Source: Candidatus Latescibacterota bacterium (GTDB lineage: Bacteria > Latescibacterota > UBA2968 > GCA-2709665). From it: a DNA stretch of 64,000 nt. Position numbers and translations under genes: made by a program. The notes below the pieces were generated by a model. It was not told the DNA's origin. It made no database searches and saw only the letters and a program-made list of their open reading frames with translations. The DNA lies in NCBI GenBank assembly GCA_965222075.1, contig OZ244937.1, positions 672,001-736,000 of the forward strand, read 5' to 3'. Shown here piece by piece: positions 20,009-28,492 of the stretch. Positions within the stretch are counted from its first letter, which is position 1; each line of letters opens with the position of its first letter.

Positions 20009-21394
20009 ATGGAGCTTGCGGAACCCGAGGTTGTCGATGGCTGTAGATTGTTAGAGAAACCCCCTGTAGATGCTTTGGCTCTGGAACACCGAAAGTTGCG
20101 CCGGGACGAGTTCTGGAGGGGGATTCCGGCGTATGAGAAGATCGACGCGGAGGCGTTTCATTCCCACGTGTTTCAGACGAGGTCTTCGATTACCAGCGTG
20201 GACAGGCTGGCGCAGGTCCTGGGCAATCGCGTTCCTGAAGCGTTCTACGAGGATGTCCGGGAGGGGCTCCGGCGATCGCCGATGAGCATCCGCATTTCGC
20301 CTTATATTCTGAGTCTGACCGATTGGGACGACCCCTACGGCGACCCGCTGCGGACCCAGTTTTTGCCCGTGGCTTCCCAGCAGCTGCCCGACCATCCGGA
20401 GCTCTACCTCGATTCTCTCAACGAGCAGGGGGATGCGCCCGTGCCCGGACTCACCCACCGGTATCCCGATCGGGCGCTTTTTCTTGCGCTGGATACCTGT
20501 CCCGTGTACTGCCGGTTCTGTACGCGCAGCTACGCGGTAGGGCTGGATACGGAAGAGGTCGAGAAGGTCCATCTGGGTGTGAGCCGGGAGCGCTGGGAGC
20601 GGGTTTTTGCATATATCGCCTCCCGCCCGGAACTGGAAGATATTGTGATAAGCGGGGGCGATGTGTACAATCTGAAGGCCGAGCAGATTCGGTTTCTTGG
20701 CGAGACGCTGCTGAAGATCGACCAGATCCGCCGGTTCCGCTTTGCCACCAAGGGGCCGGCGGTTATTCCGCAGAAGCTGCTGACGGATACGGCATGGGTG
20801 GATGCCCTGACCGGCGTGGTGGAGATGGGCCGCAGGATGCACAAAGAGGTGGTGCTGCACACGCACTTCAACCATCCCGCGGAGATTACCGGGGTGACGC
20901 AGGATGCGATGGACCTCCTGATGGAGCGGGGGATTAAGGTACGCAACCAGGCGGTGCTGCAGCGGGGGGTGAACGACGATGCAGCAACGATGAACCTGTT
21001 GATTAAGCGGCTCAGCTACGTCAATGTGCAGCCCTATTACGTTTTCTTTCACGATCTGGTGCAGGGGGTAGAAGATTTGCGGACGTCGCTGGAGGCAGGG
21101 CTTCGGGTCGAGAAGCAGGTGCGGGGGACCACGGCGGGCTTCAATACGCCGACCTTTATCGTGGATACCCTGGGCGGGGGCGGCAAACGGGACGCCCATT
21201 CCTATGAGTACTATAACCGGGAGACGGGGGTTGCGGTGTATACAAGCCCTGTTGTTCGTCCGGGGGCATATTTCTTCTACTTCGATCCGATCGATTGCTT
21301 AGACGGCAAGGTCCGGAACCGCTGGGCGGATCCGGTTTGGCGGCGGCAGGTGATGGAAGAGGCCCTGGCGGTGGCGAAACAGAGGGTGGGTTGA
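20009..21394 (+). CDS. KamA-family radical SAM amino acid 2,3-aminomutase
   Basis: THRYPDR, CPVYCRFC, SGGD, HFNHP, NQAVL, PYY and GGGGK PLP-lysine motif; substrate not assignable. Confidence 0.9.
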   Translation: MELAEPEVVDGCRLLEKPPVDALALEHRKLRRDEFWRGIPAYEKIDAEAFHSHVFQTRSSITSVDRLAQVLGNRVPEAFYEDVREGLRRSPMSIRISPYILSLTDWDDPYGDPLRTQFLPVASQQLPDHPELYLDSLNEQGDAPVPGLTHRYPDRALFLALDTCPVYCRFCTRSYAVGLDTEEVEKVHLGVSRERWERVFAYIASRPELEDIVISGGDVYNLKAEQIRFLGETLLKIDQIRRFRFATKGPAVIPQKLLTDTAWVDALTGVVEMGRRMHKEVVLHTHFNHPAEITGVTQDAMDLLMERGIKVRNQAVLQRGVNDDAATMNLLIKRLSYVNVQPYYVFFHDLVQGVEDLRTSLEAGLRVEKQVRGTTAGFNTPTFIVDTLGGGGKRDAHSYEYYNRETGVAVYTSPVVRPGAYFFYFDPIDCLDGKVRNRWADPVWRRQVMEEALAVAKQRVG

Positions 21395-21425
21395 ACCGCT
21401 CTAAATTTACCGCATTTCCGTTGGT

Positions 21426-21461
21426 AAAAAGAGCAGTCCCACTGAGGGCTGCTCTTTTTTT
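21426..21461 (+). terminator. Intrinsic (bidirectional) terminator
   Basis: aaaaagagcagtccc...gggctgctcttttttt. Confidence 0.85.
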
Positions 21462-21583
21462 GTAAAGATAGTTTTTAGCATATCAGCGAAATTTTATTTT
21501 AAATTTGGATCGGTGTTTTTGCTGGAGAGATACATAAATCTATTAAAATATGAAACTTTTTGCATCTATGTTTATTTTAATGC

Positions 21584-21621
21584 TTGACAAATTTAGAGAG
21601 TTTAGTTAGCTTATAAGCTAA
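21584..21621 (+). promoter_or_regulatory. Promoter with overlapping perfect 16-bp palindrome (candidate operator)
   Basis: TTGACA (21584)-17 bp-TAGCTT; TTAGCTTATAAGCTAA at 21606-21621 covers the -10 box. Confidence 0.65.
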
Positions 21622-21675
21622 TAATTCGATGTTGGAAAGGTTCAACGGTAAACTATATATTCAGGAGGAACGATC

Positions 21676-22815
21676 ATGAGCGGTGCTTTTGGCAGGCGGC
21701 TGCGGGAGTTGAGGGCTGAACGTAAAATTTTACAGGGCGTTTTTGCGGAAAAGTGCCAGATTTCGTCGTCGTACCTGTCAGACATCGAACGGAGCAGGCG
21801 AAACCCCCCGGCGGATCAGGTGATTCTGGAGTGGGCGCGTTTCTTAGATCCGGGCAATGCAGAGGAGATCGGTGGGGAACTGGTCGACCTTGCAGCCCGT
21901 GACCGGAGGCGAGCAGAGGCCGTTACCGAGACAGAGGTCGAAGAGGCCGCTACGATCTGGGAAACATCCGGCGCACAGGGCGGCAGGGAAGACAAGCAGG
22001 CGGAAAAAAGCAGCAGGAAGAGCGAGACCCCCTTCCTCGACCATTTCGGCGTGGACATGGTCGCGCTTGCCCGCGAAGGCCGGCTGGACCCGGCGCCCGA
22101 GCGTTCCTGGGAGTTTGAAGAGGTGGCCTGCGCGCTTGCCTGCCGGAAATGCAACAGCGCTGTGTTGACATACGAAACGAATGCCGAGATTTATCGCGTG
22201 GTGCAGGGGCTGGCCTGCGAGATCGCCGATGGGCGAGCGCCGGAGCCGCCGGCGGGTAAGCGGCTGCTGACGCTGAACGGGGTGCAGGCGGGCGTCAAGT
22301 ACCGGGGTCAGTTCGAGGAACGGTTGAAGGCCCTGATCGACGAGACCGCGAAGATCAGGGATGTGGTGATGTACTTCCACAGTCTGGCGGACCTGGTGGA
22401 CCTGGAAGGGAATGCGAAAGGATCGTTCTTTCGTCCGGCGCTTCAGGAGGGCACGATCCAGGTGATTACGGGCGCTACGCCGGGAGAGATGGACTACGCC
22501 CGAAAGGTGAACCCAGGGCTTGCCGAATGTTTCAGGACGGTGCCAATCCGGCCGCTGGATCGTGATGGCGTCTTAAGAGGGTTGTACGGGGTGCGCGACA
22601 GATATGGCAGTCATCACGGTGTGACGTATTCCGAAGAGGCGCTGGTTGCCGTTGTGGATACCGCTGAAGCGGACGGTGAGGTCGAATTCTGGCAGCGGGC
22701 GCTCGATCTGCTCGACGAGGTAGGCGCACGTCTACGTCTGAAGGGAGACAGGAGGGAGGTCACGATGGAGGATGTGGACCGGGCAACCACAGGGACTACG
22801 CGAACAGTTCCCTGA
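21676..22815 (+). CDS. XRE-family HTH fused to a degenerate ClpA/B/C first AAA module
   Basis: FGRRLRELR...SYLSDIER HTH; TPFLDHFG...AREGRLDP, AGVKYRGQFEERLK, ITGAT, RDRYGSHHGV and ALDLLDE match Clp D1; Walker A/B eroded; AGGAGG RBS. Confidence 0.85.
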   Translation: MSGAFGRRLRELRAERKILQGVFAEKCQISSSYLSDIERSRRNPPADQVILEWARFLDPGNAEEIGGELVDLAARDRRRAEAVTETEVEEAATIWETSGAQGGREDKQAEKSSRKSETPFLDHFGVDMVALAREGRLDPAPERSWEFEEVACALACRKCNSAVLTYETNAEIYRVVQGLACEIADGRAPEPPAGKRLLTLNGVQAGVKYRGQFEERLKALIDETAKIRDVVMYFHSLADLVDLEGNAKGSFFRPALQEGTIQVITGATPGEMDYARKVNPGLAECFRTVPIRPLDRDGVLRGLYGVRDRYGSHHGVTYSEEALVAVVDTAEADGEVEFWQRALDLLDEVGARLRLKGDRREVTMEDVDRATTGTTRTVP

Positions 22816-22868
22816 TCGGCATCGTCCAGCCCGGCACAATTGCATGATTTTTAGCCAGTAGCGGCCTT

Positions 22869-23336
22869 CTACTCCAGTTCCCCGTTGAGCCATCTGACCA
22901 GGGCCTTGTCCGGGGACTTGATTTCTTCAACCGAGGTGTAGTAGTAGTTTTCCCAGCCGACTTCGGGCAGACCGGTGAACAGCATCAGGTTCAGAGGGTA
23001 GTTCTCCGAGTCGGTGCACTTTCGGAAGTCGTCTCTGAAGAGGAAGGTTTTCTTCTTCAGGGCAATTGCCGCGCCCAGCTCGACCATCACGCCCTCGTCG
23101 GGGGGCGTGCCGTTGACGATGGCGAAGGTGGCGTCGGATTCGACGACGTCCCTCAGGTCGTTCTGGCCCACCTGATAGGCCCAGCCGCTCCGGGCGAAGT
23201 CGACCTGGTTGTTCCTGGCGAAGGGCTCCCAGACTTCGGCGCCGAGGGATTCCAGGGTCCGGACGAAGACGGGCAGGAGGTGTTCCTTCTGCTGGGCGGA
23301 AAAGCCGTAGGGGCTTGCCAGGTAGATTTTCTTCAC
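22869..23336 (-). CDS. Nucleoside 2-deoxyribosyltransferase family protein
   Basis: IYLASPYGF, PDEGVMVELG, NLML; GGAGGAG RBS before GTG at 23336. Confidence 0.88.
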   Translation of the reverse strand: MKKIYLASPYGFSAQQKEHLLPVFVRTLESLGAEVWEPFARNNQVDFARSGWAYQVGQNDLRDVVESDATFAIVNGTPPDEGVMVELGAAIALKKKTFLFRDDFRKCTDSENYPLNLMLFTGLPEVGWENYYYTSVEEIKSPDKALVRWLNGELE

Positions 23337-23344
23337 TATGGATT

Positions 23345-23730
23345 GTCCCTCCTCCGATCGCATCACTCTGCGCCAGATAGAACACGTCTGATGCCTTGCC
23401 TTTATTACCCGTGATATTCCGACCATAAAGCGGCAAGAGATTATCATCCGGCCCAATGAGTTCAGCCCGATAGGCATGAACAGCCCCTGGTGCATCGGTA
23501 TCCAATGCAACCCGATAGCGAACGGCCTTTTCGCGTCGGACCTGCTCGGGCAGTTCCAGATGAACGCCGCGATTCGCCTTGGGCAACAGTGCCAAGATCG
23601 TCGGCAGCCACGGATCCAGTATCAGGCTAACCCGTCGCCGATCCAACTCGAATCTCGGTTCCGGTTTGGTCTCGAAGAGATCCCTTTCAGCTCAAGAGCT
23701 CGGCGAATGATGTCGTAACGGGCGTCATCC
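23345..23730 (-). pseudogene. Degraded 3' remnant of a large protein, resembling C-termini of beta-galactosidase-trimerisation-domain proteins
   Basis: YDIIRR in one frame and LDPWLPTILALLP...HAYRAELIGPD...YGRN...FYLAQSD in another; no intact start. Confidence 0.4.
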
Positions 23731-23839
23731 GGTCTTATGGGGCCCGGGAAGCATATCCGGCGCGAGGACCAGGTAGAATGTGGCCGACAGCAATGTGTCG
23801 ACAGCACACGCAGCTTGATAGGAAATGGTTGAGGGAGAC

Positions 23840-25048
23840 TCAGGCGCGTATGCGGTTGAGGCAATCCTCATAAGCTTCAAAGCGCTCTCCTTCGCGTTCC
23901 TCGGGATCGACCTTCTTGAGGAACAACGCGCTGCCCGGCTTCTTGCCGGTGAACTCGCGGTGGCTCTTGATGTGTGTTGGGTCCTCACCGCTCCACTTGA
24001 CCTCGCCATCCTGCAGATACACGAAGTTCCCTCGGTGTTCCTCTATCATCGCTTGCATGCGATCGCGATAGAAGAGTCCCTGCTCGCAAGCCGTTTCCCT
24101 TACCGTGGCCATGATAGCAGGCGGATCTTCCTCGACAGAGTCGAATTCGTTCAAGGGACCCTCGACCTCACTTTTGAAGTCAATTTCGTCGAGATTGACC
24201 GTTCCGAATCCGCTCTGCGCGGCGATGAGCAGATGGTTGCGGTCGCGACGGAATGGTGGCGTGGGCCAATCGGACGCGGGATCGTGCCCCATCAGGTGGG
24301 CGCCGACGGCATCGGTGGCTATGATCTGGTCGCCCGCGATGAGGGCATTGCACATGCGGCCCTCGCCGTCCCACTCACGACCCCATTGACCTGTCGTGGC
24401 GTCGACGATATTAAGGCACGGGTTGGTAATGCGCGCCAGATCGGGGAGCACGTAGGACAGCCGGATTGCGTGGTGGAAGTATGTGCGCACGCGTCCCTCC
24501 GGCGGGATCGTGGGTGTGAGGCCAAACAGGTTCTTTGTGCAAAGCGTGACTCCCATGAAGAGGTGATTCTTCATCTTGGCGACGGAGACGACCTCATCTG
24601 CTTCGCTGAAGCAGCGGCTGAGCGTGTAGCGCTGAAACATGCAGCCGCCTCCCGGCACGTCATACTCGGCGAAGGGGGGCAGGTTTGACTCCGCGTACTC
24701 GACGTCGAATTCCTCGAGCAGCGGACGGTAGTTGAAGTAGTCCGTCACGGCCCCGGACGCGTCTCGGCAGAATGTGTCGGCGGCGACAAGAGTAGCTGAG
24801 GTTCGCTCGCGCAGGAGCCGAAGGACGGCGCGGCAGACAGCGTCGTCGACGAGCTCTCGACGGCGGCCCTCGAAATGAGTCACATTCGAATGCCCCATGT
24901 TGAACTTGAGAGCGATGCGGCCCGCCTTCTGCAGCTTCTCCCAGGAGCGCTCCAGGGGGGCGGTGGCCCGAACCAGGTTCTCGTAGACCTCCTCGTCGGA
25001 GGCCCGGTGATCGCAATGGACTGCACGAACGCTGAATTCCTGGTTCAT
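23840..25048 (-). CDS. DUF362 domain-containing protein
   Basis: ALKFN, SVAKMKNH, VTLCTKNLFG, IVDA, IATDAVGAHLMG; GGAG RBS before ATG at 25048. Confidence 0.85.
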   Translation of the reverse strand: MNQEFSVRAVHCDHRASDEEVYENLVRATAPLERSWEKLQKAGRIALKFNMGHSNVTHFEGRRRELVDDAVCRAVLRLLRERTSATLVAADTFCRDASGAVTDYFNYRPLLEEFDVEYAESNLPPFAEYDVPGGGCMFQRYTLSRCFSEADEVVSVAKMKNHLFMGVTLCTKNLFGLTPTIPPEGRVRTYFHHAIRLSYVLPDLARITNPCLNIVDATTGQWGREWDGEGRMCNALIAGDQIIATDAVGAHLMGHDPASDWPTPPFRRDRNHLLIAAQSGFGTVNLDEIDFKSEVEGPLNEFDSVEEDPPAIMATVRETACEQGLFYRDRMQAMIEEHRGNFVYLQDGEVKWSGEDPTHIKSHREFTGKKPGSALFLKKVDPEEREGERFEAYEDCLNRIRA

Positions 25049-25210
25049 CTCTATGCTCTCCTGGCGTAAACGGCGGTTCTGGGGTGGACCCATCATACGA
25101 TGGGACGCCCGAGTGGGTCAACAGGCTGGGATAAAAAACGAGGCTGAATGGGAGCGTGCCTCATTTGAAGCAGAAATCGAGGACGTGTCGCTCAGCAATA
25201 TCCGCATTCT

Positions 25211-25610
25211 CTACGGGCTCTGGATCTTTGCGAGATCCCGATTCGTCACCCGAGTATAGATCTGTGTGGTCTTTGGGCTTACGTGCCCGAGCAACACCTG
25301 GATATATCGCAGGTCGGTCCCGCGCTCAAGCAGGTGTGTCGCAAAGGAGTGCCGCAGCGTATGTATCGATATCCGCTTGTTAATATTGGCTTTTTTGCAA
25401 GCCCGGTCAAACGCTTTCTGTACCGCCCGCCCGGTCACCCGGCCTGGCGCCCGGGAACAGCCATGTTCGGGGTTGATATTGGCGCCTGTAGTCTTGAACC
25501 GCCTTCTGTGCGACCGTGGAGAGCATCGTGTAGCGATCCTTCCGGTGCTTGCCCTGGCGGATATGGAGCAGTTTTCGATCCCCGTCGATGTCTTCGACCT
25601 GGAATCGTCT
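25211..25610 (-). pseudogene. Truncated, frameshifted tyrosine recombinase/integrase
   Basis: [26 protein letters not shown]...WLFPG, frameshift near 25438, then [13 protein letters not shown]...LLGH...TTQIY; N-terminal half absent. Confidence 0.88.
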
Positions 25611-25663
25611 TGATTCTCTCTACACCGTCCCGCGAATAAGAAAACCGTTTGTGAAACGGCAAG

Positions 25664-25777
25664 TTATGTGTCAGATGGGAGAATATCCTTCTGAAACTTC
25701 CTCAGCGCCTCCCGGGTGGCCGCCTTCAGTTCCCCATCAATCGGTCCGGTTTCATACCCCAGGTGATTTAAAATCAT
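25664..25777 (-). pseudogene. Fragment of a peptidoglycan-binding (PG_binding_1-like) domain
   Basis: Hand translation MILNHLGYETGPIDGELKAATREALRKFQKDILPSDT*; not in the ORF track. Confidence 0.6.
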
Positions 25778-25823
25778 TTATTGATATGTGCTGCGCGCTG
25801 ATTCGTCCTGCTCTGCCTTCAAA

Positions 25824-25862
25824 GCATAAAGGGTAGCCCCACCGCTGGGCTACCCTTTATGC
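25824..25862. repeat. Perfect 16-bp-arm inverted repeat at the toxin 3' end
   Basis: gcataaagggtagccc-caccgct-gggctaccctttatgc. Confidence 0.8.
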
Positions 25863-26248
25863 TGGGTAACCATTGGCTCTTGACACGATGGCGACTCTGT
25901 ATCTATGGGTCTGACGATTGCATAGATTCCCTGTAGTACTTCGTTGAATCGGGCGCGACTTAAAACCCCGATTCGACCGTCGAGCATCGAACGGTCTACG
26001 GTTGCGATCTGAGAGATATTGACGACGCAGCTCCCTGAAAGGCCCGCTTCGCCTTTTGAGAGCGTCACATTGCCGAATGCCCGACCGAGCCGCAAATTGC
26101 CGGTGATGGCTACAACAACGACCGTTGAGATTCTGCTGGCGTTAAACGCGTTGTTCTGAATGATCACACAGGGACGCCGATAAGGGGGCTCCGATCCCTT
26201 TGGGACGCCGAAATCAACCCAGTGGACTTCGCCCTGTGAGATTACTAT
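25850..26248 (-). pseudogene. mazF: MazF/PemK toxin whose start codon reads ATA
   Basis: (ATA)VISQGEVHWVDFGVPKGSEPPYRRPCVIIQNNAFN...VVVAIT...VVNISQI. Confidence 0.8.
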
Positions 26249-26490
26249 TCCTCTTTCCCCGCCAGGTCCCGAAAGTGAGACAGAGCAGCGCGTCTGAAAG
26301 CGACATCGTCGGGCGTATCTCCTTCTCCGTGCACCTGGTTCAGGTTCGCAACAATGGCCTTTGCGGATTGTTTTTCGATATAAGCCCTTGCCGCCCTCTG
26401 GAAAAATTCGCTGCGTGATATGTTGGCGGTTTTGAGGAATATTTCGATGCTCTCATTGAGGGCATCGGGAATCGAGATTGCCGTTTTCAT
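26245..26490 (-). CDS. Ribbon-helix-helix antitoxin (MazE/ChpI-like)
   Basis: MKTAISIPD...SRSEFFQRA; directly upstream of the MazF-like toxin. Confidence 0.85.
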   Translation of the reverse strand: MKTAISIPDALNESIEIFLKTANISRSEFFQRAARAYIEKQSAKAIVANLNQVHGEGDTPDDVAFRRAALSHFRDLAGKEE

Positions 26491-26555
26491 GCGGTTTTAT
26501 ATACCATTCTTATAGCTGTTTCTCAACCGGGATTGTCCAAAGTTTAGTATAATGG

Positions 26556-27335
26556 TTAGCCAACCAGGTTTTGTAGAAACTCGCGGCTTAGCTGTTGCGC
26601 AATTTCAGAGTCTGGAACTTGCTCGTAAAGCACTCCCATGAGCTCTCCACGCTGGGCATTGACGGGGGGTTCCAAGGCCTCAATCAAGACCGCCTCCAGG
26701 ATACGGATAAGGCGTCTTAGATCGAATTCTTTTCGTGAGTGTCCCAGTTCACCGTTGTCACTAACATTGCAGAATCCGAACCAAGAAAACTTGTCCCATC
26801 TCGGTGACTTGCGATCTCGATTGTGATCGCGCAACCGTTCAAATAGGCTGGCGTCAGTCCTGCCGACGTAAACGACTGATCGGTCCTTGTGGAGCAGATA
26901 TACGCCTCGCTGTTCAGCAAAATTTACCGAGGCCGCATCACGCGTCTGACGTCCAAGCATTTTGCGCTTCTTCCAATTTACTTTCTGTCTCTCCCAGTAC
27001 AGCCCAAAAGCAGGCACTCCGATTGAATCCTCGGTTTGTTCGTCCTCTTCGATGTCCTCTCTTTCTCGCACTACAGGCTGCTCATCTTCCTTTGTGCTGA
27101 CGAATTCGTAAACCCCTCTGGTCACACGTCGAATCCTATTGTCGTACGAATTAGCTTCAGGATCTACCATTGAAAGCAGGCACGCCCTTACTGTCGCAGA
27201 AGGCGTGGCCCCCGAGAGGGCTCTTAGCCCGCGGGCCCCTATCATTTCGGTTATTCGCTGGTAGTGGAGCGGCTGGTAAGAATCCTCAAGAACTCTCGTG
27301 ATGGCTTCTTGCCATGTTATGTCATCAGATGCCAT
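26556..27335 (-). CDS. HARE-HTH plus GIY-YIG nuclease domain protein
   Basis: TWQEAITRVLE...PLHYQRI...GATPSATV N-terminus; GVYLLH...VYVGRT...RL...H...LEAVLI...N C-terminus. Confidence 0.8.
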   Translation of the reverse strand: MASDDITWQEAITRVLEDSYQPLHYQRITEMIGARGLRALSGATPSATVRACLLSMVDPEANSYDNRIRRVTRGVYEFVSTKEDEQPVVREREDIEEDEQTEDSIGVPAFGLYWERQKVNWKKRKMLGRQTRDAASVNFAEQRGVYLLHKDRSVVYVGRTDASLFERLRDHNRDRKSPRWDKFSWFGFCNVSDNGELGHSRKEFDLRRLIRILEAVLIEALEPPVNAQRGELMGVLYEQVPDSEIAQQLSREFLQNLVG

Positions 27336-27450
27336 TTTCCTGTCCTCTATTGGGAAGGGGCTTAGTTGATGAGGCCACGGTGCTCCTGAGATTGCGGGCG
27401 CACTTTCCTCTGCGGCCGGTTACATCGTGTCTTTCTCTCCAGGTCGACGA

Positions 27451-27768
27451 TCACGATTCATCCTCCACGAAGAATCCCAGATCCGGATGGTCCTTCACTA
27501 TGGTGAGAAGTGCTTGCTCAGCCTGTTCTCGCTTCTTGCGTTGGGCCACATCAGTGGGGAACTCCTCCGGGCAGTCCGACGGATCGTCCACCATGCTGGC
27601 AAAGATGACGGCGCGGCAAGCCGCCAATGGACGACGTGCCCACCAAAGATGTAAGGTGGACGGATGGCCGTGCCGGATAGATTTCTCGCGTGCAGACTCG
27701 CGGTTGATATCGTCGAGGGGCAGGTCAACTTCGATGAGTTTACGGCGGTATTGGGTTTGGGTAGTCAT
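27451..27768 (-). pseudogene. N-terminal fragment of a DUF1156 adenine methyltransferase
   Basis: [45 protein letters not shown]; similarity stops after about 80 aa. Confidence 0.85.
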
Positions 27769-27973
27769 ATCAGCGCATCGTCCCTGCGTTTGACTGAATC
27801 AGGTTGGCTGGTTAGGTCCAATGCCAAGATCAAACTGAACCGTCTGTGATGGAGGGAGAGGGATATGCTGCTTGATAAATGCACGTCCGGTATGGTTTTC
27901 AACGATTTTGACCGCAGGGGTCCCGGTAAACGTATGGGTAGTTGCATGAAATACCGACAGACTGAATGCAGGT

Positions 27974-28183
27974 TTACTGGGCGTTAGCGTGGTCAGTCGT
28001 TATCACAATTTCCGAGTGTTTGGTTGCCTGACGGTAAGAATCAAGCCCCTTATCCGCCTTCTGGTAATTTTGGTAAACCTGCATAACTTCGCGGACACCC
28101 GGGCGGGCCAGCGCCTCCTTTAGCATGGCGGCATGTTCTTGCTCACGGTTGGAACTTTGAGGCTTTGCTGTGTGTTTGGGCAT
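27974..28183 (-). CDS. Hypothetical small protein
   Basis: 69-aa ORF with AGGAGA RBS; no recognisable motif. Confidence 0.5.
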   Translation of the reverse strand: MPKHTAKPQSSNREQEHAAMLKEALARPGVREVMQVYQNYQKADKGLDSYRQATKHSEIVITTDHANAQ

Positions 28184-28199
28184 GGGGAGTCTCCTGTTG

Positions 28200-28337
28200 G
28201 GTTAGTAGTCTCGCTGCGTGAACGTTGGGATCTGCCTCGCTTGGATCACTTTCTTTGGCCCAGCGCATGTCGTGGCCGACTCTGCGCAGACGAGCGACGG
28301 TGTGCTCCGACATATTTTCGTCGTCCAGTATTTTCAC
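28200..28337 (-). pseudogene. N-terminal fragment of a DUF5615 PIN-like toxin
   Basis: MKILDDENMSEHTVARLRRVGHDM...DP resembles the MKFLADEN...LR.AGHDV pattern, then breaks off. Confidence 0.6.
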
Positions 28338-28492
28338 GGTCTTTCGCTGTTTTGCCAGATCATCTTGTATCTTCCGCCTATAACCGGCGCCTCGGCAGCC
28401 AGAGACGGGTTTGCAGCATCATTTGGCGCATCCAATCCACGCTCGTTTTAGGGCGGCAACCCGGCGGCGGCCTGGCCGGTTTCGAAGGGAAG

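Noticed and set aside
22927-23646. 239-aa ORF as a real gene
   Set aside because: Only its first ~95 aa look like a remnant; the rest is out-of-frame overlap with the NDT gene.
26549-26562. GGCTAAC at the GIY-YIG stop as an attC inverse core
   Set aside because: No complementary core site or paired stem downstream.
27765-27975. Possible small ORFs between the DUF1156 fragment and the 69-aa gene
   Set aside because: Competing frames, no convincing start or motif.
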